Part shown: positions 28,303 to 34,910 of the stretch, piece after piece
Layout: each line of letters begins with the position of its first letter
Numbering within the stretch: the first letter of the stretch is position 1
NCBI GenBank assembly: GCA_034433305.1
Contig: DAOUAM010000089.1
Span: 3,466-67,465 of the forward strand
Direction of reading: 5' to 3'
From: Dehalococcoidia bacterium
Lineage (GTDB): Bacteria > Chloroflexota > Dehalococcoidia > Lucifugimonadales > DAOUAM01
DNA length: 64,000 bases
Notes under the pieces: model-generated
Databases searched by the model: none
Seen by the model: only the letters and a program-made list of their open reading frames with translations
Told to the model about the DNA's origin: nothing
Made by a program: the position numbers and the translations under genes

Positions 28303-28833
28303 CTAGTGGGCCTTCCTCCCGTCGTGGCTGGCCTCGCCGCTCCTGAGCGCGGAGACAGTTTCGTGGGCCTTCTCCGGGGTCATTCGGCCCATGAGGCGGT
28401 GGTCCACGCTGATGACAGGGGCCTGCGAGCAGGCGCCGAGGCAGGTATTGTACCTCAGGGTCACCTTCCCGTCCGGCGTGTCGCCCTCGCCCTCAAGGCC
28501 CAGGTCGTCCTGCACCTGCTTGAGGATATTGACGGCGCCCACCATGTGGCAGGTCGGCCCCCAGCAGACCTCCACGGTGTGCTCGCCCGGGGGCGTGGAC
28601 CTGAAGTTGGTATAGAAGGACGCGACGCCCCACACCTCGTTGAGAGTGGTCTTCATGCGCGTCGCCACTTCCTCGATGGCTTCCTGGGGGATATACCCCA
28701 GCTCGTCCTGGATAGCCAGCAGGGACGAAAGGACTGTGACGGTGGGCTGCTCCTGAGAGGCTATGGCCTTCCTCACCCGCTCGATGATGGCCTCATGCCC
28801 GGCGGTCAATGGCGCGGCCTCCGCAACTTGCAA
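28303..28833 (-). CDS. NuoE-like 2Fe-2S subunit
   Basis: TTG start. VEVCWGPTCHMVG...YNTCLGACSQAPV carries the NuoE Cys pattern. Confidence 0.9.
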   Translation of the reverse strand: MQVAEAAPLTAGHEAIIERVRKAIASQEQPTVTVLSSLLAIQDELGYIPQEAIEEVATRMKTTLNEVWGVASFYTNFRSTPPGEHTVEVCWGPTCHMVGAVNILKQVQDDLGLEGEGDTPDGKVTLRYNTCLGACSQAPVISVDHRLMGRMTPEKAHETVSALRSGEASHDGRKAH

Positions 28834-28958
28834 AAATCATCACAATCGTTCCAAAGAATGATAGCACAAAGGCGGGGTGGTCACAACTTCTATTCTTGCC
28901 TTGCCTCAGCCATGGGTAGCGGTCCAGTGTCGTGTCTTTCCCACGGCGCATAAACGTG

Positions 28959-28987
28959 TTGACGCCCTGACGACCAGCATGTAGTAT
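28959..28987 (+). promoter_or_regulatory. near-consensus sigma70 promoter (TTGACG-N17-TAGTAT) upstream of the low-GC two-gene islet
   Basis: TTGACG at 28959..28964, a 17-bp spacer, and TAGTAT at 28982..28987, about 85 nt upstream of ATG 29072. Confidence 0.5.
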
Positions 28988-29071
28988 TTAGCGGGCCTGT
29001 AGCAAGCAGGCCCTGCAAAGGCGCAGAGGCAGTACCGGAAAGAACCGCAGCACCGCTCCACGCGTAACATC

Positions 29072-29581
29072 ATGGTAGGCAGTTTCAATTCTGGACAGTC
29101 AGGTTACTCAGGAGGGGGAAAAGCATACACGACCAAGACCCTCCTCGCTGCTTGGGTGGACGAGCAGATATCCGTCATCGTCAGTCCCTCAGGGCAGCAG
29201 GGCTATTTCGTCTATTTTACGCTGGACTTTAACGCTTTCTACAATCCAGCAAGTTCGAACCCCCTGGAAATCTACAGGGAATTGGACGAGGCTATCAAGA
29301 AAGGCGATAGTGACAACACCAAGGTCAGGACGGTGCGAGAACAACTCTTGAAGACAGCGGCCAGCTATCTTGCTAGGCGCAACCCTGCACAATATCATTA
29401 CGTCATTCAGCAGGTATACGATGCCTCCCTTGAGCGTTTCGCCCCGCAGGTCTGGAGGATCAAGCTGGAGGAGTGGTCGGAAGACTGTTACGAGGTAGTC
29501 CCCACCGGCAGCGACAGGCGAGAATTCAGGGCTAAAGGCTACTCTGTGCGTAAAGAGCAGTTCGATGTAGCCATTCCCTAG
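29072..29581 (+). CDS. hypothetical protein (169 aa), low-GC islet gene 1
   Basis: Uninterrupted ORF MVGSFNSGQSGYSGGGKAYT...ISVIVSPSGQQGYFVYFTLDF...ARRNPAQYHYVIQQVY. I recognise no family. It has no obvious SD. Confidence 0.55.
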   Translation: MVGSFNSGQSGYSGGGKAYTTKTLLAAWVDEQISVIVSPSGQQGYFVYFTLDFNAFYNPASSNPLEIYRELDEAIKKGDSDNTKVRTVREQLLKTAASYLARRNPAQYHYVIQQVYDASLERFAPQVWRIKLEEWSEDCYEVVPTGSDRREFRAKGYSVRKEQFDVAIP

Positions 29582-29584
29582 GCA

Positions 29585-29941
29585 ATGAATCGCGAGAGCA
29601 GTGGTATGCCTGTGCTCCAGAACCCGCTACGAGACCTTTATCTTGTCCTCGCGGGCTTCCTCGACGAGGTCTACCGCGACTATGACATGTTGAGCGGGGG
29701 GCCTTTTGACATGGAAGGCTTTCCCGAGACGGCAAAGTATCTGCTGAAGATGCTTATGGGTACACCCGATATCTCCGAGGACGTCAAGAAGAAAGCCTCT
29801 GAGCACTACCATCTATGCCTGGCCATCTATGAGAAGTACTCGAAGTGGCGTAAAGCAGTGCCGGAGAGCGTACTGGCCAAGCACGCGGATAGCCGCAGAG
29901 ATATCGAGGAGATGGCCCTGAAGACGGCAGGACTCAATTAG
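29585..29941 (+). CDS. hypothetical protein (118 aa), low-GC islet gene 2
   Basis: It starts 3 nt after the gene 1 stop. The sequence looks predominantly helical and charged (DISEDVKKKASEHYHLCLAIYEKYSKWRK). I recognise no family. Confidence 0.55.
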   Translation: MNRESSGMPVLQNPLRDLYLVLAGFLDEVYRDYDMLSGGPFDMEGFPETAKYLLKMLMGTPDISEDVKKKASEHYHLCLAIYEKYSKWRKAVPESVLAKHADSRRDIEEMALKTAGLN

Positions 29942-29956
29942 GTTGCCGCCAGCCTG

Positions 29957-29975
29957 GAGCTGCAGGCCGCAGCTC
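29957..29975. terminator. short hairpin after the islet / between convergent genes
   Basis: gagctgc-aggcc-gcagctc, a 7-bp stem. Confidence 0.25.
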
Positions 29976-30001
29976 TCCTGAAGTACCTCCGCGGGGGGCC
30001 C

Positions 30002-31321
30002 TCACCCGAAGTCCTCCATCACCATCCGGGCGACGCGCTTGCCCATGCGGACGCTGTAGTTGGTGCCCCGGTCTTCGGGGTATATCTGGGTGGTGTTGGC
30101 CAGGTACACGCCCTTGATGGGCGTGCGGTGGTCAGGGATGCGCGCCGAGTAGTTGACGCCGATGATGGGCTGGGCGGCATCCACCCGATGGTGATAGCTG
30201 GTCTCGATCCAGGACAGCTCGAACCGGGGGTTGATCTTCTTCAGGTGGGGCAGGTACTCCTGCAATAGCTCCTCGTGGCCCAGCTTGTAGAGGTGATGGC
30301 TGGTGGCCAGGTAGTTGGACAGGTACACAATGTGCTTGCCGCCGTAGTGCTCCGGGCCGATGAAGTTGGTGTGCTCGATGACCCCCACGAAGGGTATGGA
30401 GCGGTCGGCCACGTTCAGCCAGTACACGTGGGACAGCGGATGCTTGAGCACCAGCACGATGAGCACCGCCGCCATGTAGTTGACGCCGGTGAGCTTGTCC
30501 AGATAGTCCTGGGGTAGCGACGGCACCAGCCTGGGGAACACGTAGGAAGGCGTGGTGGCTATGATGGCGTCGAACTCCCGCACCGAGGGAGCTTGCCCGG
30601 GAAGCTCCACCTCCAGGCCGGTGGCCCGCCCGTCCTCGACCGCGACGCGCCGCACGGCCGCCGAGATGTGCACCTCGTTGCCCTGCTGCCTGACCCTCTC
30701 GGCCAGGACGTCGAAGACCTCGCCGAAGCTGCCTACCGGGTAGCCCAGCAGCTCCTTCACCAGGCCCTTGCGCGACTTGACCCGTGTCTGGACCTTGCCC
30801 CAGACCCAGGCCATGCCCACCTGGCTGTAGTACTCCTCGCCAAACTTTCCCCGGAGCATCGGCCCCCAGAAGGCATCGTAGGCGCGCTGGCCGGCGTACC
30901 TGCGCAGCCACTGGGCGGCAGCCACTGGCTCGTACCGGCGCCAGTCCTTCACCCGCTGGAGGTACAGCGTCAGCAGCCCCAGGCGCACGCGGTCCACCAG
31001 CGGCAGGGGCCTGAACTTCAGCAGGTCCAGGGGCGTGACGAAGTTGTAAATCCTGCCGCCGTGGAAGGTCCCCACCCTGGACTCGATCCAGCGCATGCGG
31101 TCGCCCAGGCCGATCTCGTGGATGAGGTCCACGATATCCGTGTCGCTGGTGAACAGGTGGTGGTAGCCGCGCTCCAGCCGGGCGCCGCCCACGTCGAAGG
31201 TGGAGGCCTGGCCGCCCAGGAAGGGCGCCCGCTCGAAGACGGCCACCCTGTGCCCGCGCTTGCCCAGCTCATAGGCGGCGGCCAGCCCCGCCGCGCCCGC
31301 CCCGATGATTCCGACCCTCAC
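30002..31321 (-). CDS. FAD-dependent oxidoreductase (phytoene desaturase / amine oxidase superfamily)
   Basis: I prefer the GTG start at 31321, which overlaps the upstream stop as GTGA. MRVGIIGAGAAGLAAAYELGKRGHRVAVFERAPFLGGQ is the dinucleotide-binding motif. The track ORF start 31429 would overlap the upstream gene by 112 nt. Confidence 0.8.
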   Translation of the reverse strand: MRVGIIGAGAAGLAAAYELGKRGHRVAVFERAPFLGGQASTFDVGGARLERGYHHLFTSDTDIVDLIHEIGLGDRMRWIESRVGTFHGGRIYNFVTPLDLLKFRPLPLVDRVRLGLLTLYLQRVKDWRRYEPVAAAQWLRRYAGQRAYDAFWGPMLRGKFGEEYYSQVGMAWVWGKVQTRVKSRKGLVKELLGYPVGSFGEVFDVLAERVRQQGNEVHISAAVRRVAVEDGRATGLEVELPGQAPSVREFDAIIATTPSYVFPRLVPSLPQDYLDKLTGVNYMAAVLIVLVLKHPLSHVYWLNVADRSIPFVGVIEHTNFIGPEHYGGKHIVYLSNYLATSHHLYKLGHEELLQEYLPHLKKINPRFELSWIETSYHHRVDAAQPIIGVNYSARIPDHRTPIKGVYLANTTQIYPEDRGTNYSVRMGKRVARMVMEDFG

Positions 31322-32421
31322 TCCCGTTCCTCCTCGGCCACCGCCGCAGAGGCCAGTTCCTTCTGGCGCTGGGCTGAGAGCCGCTTTCCCGCTTGCGTCA
31401 GCCGGCGCAGCGACAGGTGCTCCGCCCACAGGAATAGCTGGCCCAGCCCTATCATGGGCAGGAGCAGCGCGGCATGCACCACGGCGGCGTACCCGCCTGC
31501 CACGGCCCGGTCCACCGATGCGAAGGGCATCAACACCAGCGTCTCCCGCGCTATCAGCTCAAACAGCCCGATGCCACCAGGGGCAGCCGGCACCGAGCTT
31601 CCCACGTTGGCGATGGCGGTAACCAGCACGCTGGCCACGGCCATCTGGCCTGGAGAGTTGTAAGTGTCGTCCAGGTCGAAGGAAAAGCCCACCATGAAGA
31701 ACAGCGACGACTCGAAGAGCCAGATGGGCACCGAAAGCAGGAACAGCGTGCCCAGGGTGCGCGGGCTGCGCAGGGGTATCAGCCCTTGCAGGAACATGGC
31801 GATGAGGTTACGTATGGCCTCCTCGAACCGCCGGGGCAGCGGCCTGAGCAGCGCCAGCGCCACCGTCGTCGTCCTGGCCGGAAAGAAGGCGAAGAGCAGC
31901 AGCGCTCCGAAGGCCGCCAGGAACGGGATACTCACCGCCGCCACCAGCAGGGGCCAGGCGACGCCAGACCTCTCCTGGAACCCCTCGGCCAGCCCCACCA
32001 TGGGCACAAACAGGGCAATGGCGAAGATGAAGAAGAGCAGCGTCAGGGCGTCCAGCACGCGCTCCACCAGGATGGTCGCCAGCGCCGAGGTCTTGCTGAC
32101 GCCCTCCCGCTCCCCCAGGTAGTAGCTGCGCACCAGCTCGCCCAGCCGCATGGGCAGCAGATTGTTGGCCATGTAGCCCACCACGACCACCGGGTACAGC
32201 CGCCGGACACTGACGCGCTTCATGTGGCGCAGCAGCACCTGCCAGCGCAGGGTGCGGAACAGCACGGACACCAGGTATAGCCCGATGCCGGGCACCAGGT
32301 AGATGTAGTTGGCATCGGACAGCGCCCGGGCCATGCGGCCAACGTCAACGGTGAGCAGGAAGAGGACCAGCAGCAGTATGCTGAGGCCGACACCCGCCCA
32401 GAACTTCAGACTCCCATTCAC
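31318..32421 (-). CDS. UPF0104 / lysylphosphatidylglycerol-synthase-TM-like (MprF flippase-like) membrane protein
   Basis: Polytopic. MNGSLKFWAGVGLSILLLVLFLLTVD...RTLRWQVLL...YMANNLLPMRLGELVR is typical of PF03706-type proteins. The start is GTG 32421 or 32451. Confidence 0.7.
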   Translation of the reverse strand: MNGSLKFWAGVGLSILLLVLFLLTVDVGRMARALSDANYIYLVPGIGLYLVSVLFRTLRWQVLLRHMKRVSVRRLYPVVVVGYMANNLLPMRLGELVRSYYLGEREGVSKTSALATILVERVLDALTLLFFIFAIALFVPMVGLAEGFQERSGVAWPLLVAAVSIPFLAAFGALLLFAFFPARTTTVALALLRPLPRRFEEAIRNLIAMFLQGLIPLRSPRTLGTLFLLSVPIWLFESSLFFMVGFSFDLDDTYNSPGQMAVASVLVTAIANVGSSVPAAPGGIGLFELIARETLVLMPFASVDRAVAGGYAAVVHAALLLPMIGLGQLFLWAEHLSLRRLTQAGKRLSAQRQKELASAAVAEEERE

Positions 32422-32460
32422 GCCATGTACCCCTTTCCCTCTCGGCAGCACCCCCTGAGT

Positions 32461-32541
32461 TAGCCATCAGCCGTCAGCTTTCAGCTTCTGCACCCTGCCC
32501 CAGGGTGGTGGGGCACTGATAGCTGACGGCTGATAGCTGAA
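32461..32541. repeat. intergenic composite inverted repeat rich in TCAGC/GCTGA pentamers
   Basis: Arms atcagccgtcagct (32466..32479) and agctgacggctgat (32521..32534) are perfect complements. TCAGC occurs 3 times on the left and GCTGA 4 times on the right. The centre holds its own hairpin, caccctg-ccc-cagggtg. Confidence 0.7.
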
Positions 32542-32547
32542 TGCTGT

Positions 32548-34800
32548 CTACCGCCACACCGGCGTGAAGCTGGTGTTAAGGTCTTTGGCAAAATACACGT
32601 ATGAGTCCTCGCTGCCGGTCTGCATGCCAAGCTTTCGGTACAGGAAGTAGTCCATGGCCCTGCGCCATGCCTGCCGGTCGCCGAAGGAGCGCAGGAACTT
32701 CCCTGGCGTGAGGCCCCGGTAGGTGTCCTCGGGGAACCACCAGCGGTGCTTTATCCTGACGCCCTCAGTATACAGGTCCCTGAGCAGCGGGTCTGACCTG
32801 GAGTAGTTGTTGGCATGCACCAGCAGCACGGAGGTATTGGGGGCCTCGTTCATGGGAGAGGTGTCATAGGCAGCGTAGCCCACGCCCGTGTAGTCGCGCA
32901 GGTACCATGCCCAGGGCCAGGTGAAGCCACTGGTGCTGTCTATCAGAACGGGCAACTGCATGCCTCTGCCAGTGTCTTTCGCTATCTGCTTGATGTGGTT
33001 GGACAGCCGTAGCAGGTCCGGCGAGGTCTGGGTGTACACAATCATCTCCACCGGCACGTCGCCGTTCTGGTAGGCGGCGCGCGCGCCTGTCCGGATGGTC
33101 AGGGCCAGCAGCACCAGCGCCACCGGTATAGCCGCGAAGGCGGCCAGGTCCCGTGCGCTGATGCGCCTCGCCAGGTAGGCCCCCAGGGCCGCCAGCGCCA
33201 GGAGGGATACCAGCAGGGACAGCAGCACGCCCACGTTGCCGCTCTGTCCGCTCACGCCGTAGAAGGCCAGTCGCCAGGCCACCGCCAGGAACAATGGCAC
33301 GCCCAGCAGCAGGAAGAGACCTCCCCCGGACACCAGCCGCTTCCACTGCACCTTCTGCACAATGTCCGCGATAAACTTCGCCGACAGGACTATGAGCGGC
33401 AGGGCGATGTTGACCAGCAGCCAGGGCATCTTCTCGCTGGCGATGGTGTACAGCAGGAACGTCACCCCGGCCCAGAAGACCAGGAAGTGACCGAAGACGT
33501 CCCTGCGCCTCAGGTAGTACACGCCGGCGACCACGCCAAAAATCAGGGGCAGGAACTCGTAGATGGACGTCAGCACGAAGTAGTAGTACCACGGTTGGTT
33601 GCCCCGTGCCTCGCCCTGCTGCACAATCCAGTAGCCCATGGACTGCCACATGCCGCTGCCGATGCCCACGATGTTGGTGAAGAAGGTCGTGTACAGCAGC
33701 ACCCAGATGACGTAGAAGATGATGGCGCAGCGCCACCACACAGGCCAGTCCCATCTGGCCCCGATAACTATGGAGGCGGCCAGCAGGGCCAGCACTACCA
33801 GGAAGGCGACGACAAGCCCGCCGCCCGACGGCGCGCCAATCTGCCCGAACCCAACGCCTCCTTCGGGCGTCGCCAGCACCAGGTGGGACCAGCTCAGCAG
33901 CGGCGTGTCCTGCAGCAGGCTCACCGCCGCCGACCACTGGGGCAGCATCAGGGTGATGATAAGCACCAGGAAGCCGGCCGGGCGCGACACCTGCGACAGC
34001 TTCAGCTCCCGCAGGGCTGCCCACACCGCGCCCACGACTCGCCCCAGGGCCACGGGCGGCGATACCCCTTCTATTGCTATCCGGCCCTGCATGGAAGGCC
34101 AGCCCCTGGAGACGAGCAGCAGGGCAAGGAAAAGACACAGGATGAAGGTGGCCAGGTAGGCCGTCTCCTTGGTGGCGAAGGCCAGGGCCAGGAGCGCCGA
34201 GCCTATGTACAGGTACCTGTGCTTGCCCTCGTCTATGTAGCGCCACATGCAGGCTACCAGCCCCAGCACCCAGAACGCCATGAGGATGTCGTTGCGGGCG
34301 AAGCGGCTGAAGTAGAACATGGCGGGCGAAAAGGTCAGCATCACCGCCGCCAGCAGAGCGCCCAGCCTGCCCAGCCTGTCGCGCAGGAAGTAGGGCAGTC
34401 CCACCAGCGCCGTGCCCATGATGACATAGAGCAGCCGGGCCGTGAAGTCCGTGTCGCCGAAGGCCAGGTAGATGGCCGCGTTGGCGTGGAACTGGAAGGG
34501 GCCGTGCATCATGGGGGTATGCTCGTAGCCCTTGCCCGTGGCCAAGTTCCAGGAGTAGTAGGCGTGGAGGCTCTCGTCGTGGTGCATGGCCCGCGCGCCC
34601 AGCTCCCACAGGCGCAGGCCAGCCGCCATGAGCACTAGCGTGCCATAGGCCGCCAGCTCCAGCCAGCGGGCCAGGGCGCCCGCCTCCGCGCCCACCTGAG
34701 CGCCTTCGGCGGTGGCCGTCGCGCCACGTTGCCACCACCTGGCCACTCTGGCCTTTATATCCGTCGGCCCGGGGGCCTCTGTCCTGCGTTCAGTCTCCAT
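32548..34800 (-). CDS. TIGR03663-family integral membrane protein (GT39/PMT/ArnT-like glycosyltransferase fold)
   Basis: 750 aa. The N-terminal invariant features are present: AMHHDESLH (DE) and MMHGPFQFH (HGP). It has many TM segments and a C-terminal soluble domain. Confidence 0.8.
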   Translation of the reverse strand: METERRTEAPGPTDIKARVARWWQRGATATAEGAQVGAEAGALARWLELAAYGTLVLMAAGLRLWELGARAMHHDESLHAYYSWNLATGKGYEHTPMMHGPFQFHANAAIYLAFGDTDFTARLLYVIMGTALVGLPYFLRDRLGRLGALLAAVMLTFSPAMFYFSRFARNDILMAFWVLGLVACMWRYIDEGKHRYLYIGSALLALAFATKETAYLATFILCLFLALLLVSRGWPSMQGRIAIEGVSPPVALGRVVGAVWAALRELKLSQVSRPAGFLVLIITLMLPQWSAAVSLLQDTPLLSWSHLVLATPEGGVGFGQIGAPSGGGLVVAFLVVLALLAASIVIGARWDWPVWWRCAIIFYVIWVLLYTTFFTNIVGIGSGMWQSMGYWIVQQGEARGNQPWYYYFVLTSIYEFLPLIFGVVAGVYYLRRRDVFGHFLVFWAGVTFLLYTIASEKMPWLLVNIALPLIVLSAKFIADIVQKVQWKRLVSGGGLFLLLGVPLFLAVAWRLAFYGVSGQSGNVGVLLSLLVSLLALAALGAYLARRISARDLAAFAAIPVALVLLALTIRTGARAAYQNGDVPVEMIVYTQTSPDLLRLSNHIKQIAKDTGRGMQLPVLIDSTSGFTWPWAWYLRDYTGVGYAAYDTSPMNEAPNTSVLLVHANNYSRSDPLLRDLYTEGVRIKHRWWFPEDTYRGLTPGKFLRSFGDRQAWRRAMDYFLYRKLGMQTGSEDSYVYFAKDLNTSFTPVWR

Positions 34801-34910
34801 CTGTAGCGCTCTACCCTGCCAGTCCCATCCTTCCTATCATAAACTACCGCCCCAGCTCTGCAACACATCCTGTGTGCCATGATTCACAAACCTCCACGGC
34901 CACCCCGGCC

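Noticed and set aside
29378-29398. R-N-x4-H (RNPAQYH) in islet protein 1, resembling the HEPN Rx4-6H RNase motif
   Set aside because: The N-terminal half of the protein looks beta-rich rather than all-alpha, the motif contains a Pro, and there is no other HEPN hallmark. This is too weak to call.
32864-34738. 624-aa minus-strand ORF overlapping the TIGR03663 gene in another frame
   Set aside because: It is an alternate frame on the same strand, and its Arg/Gly/Pro-rich product is incompatible with the hydrophobic membrane protein encoded in the main frame.
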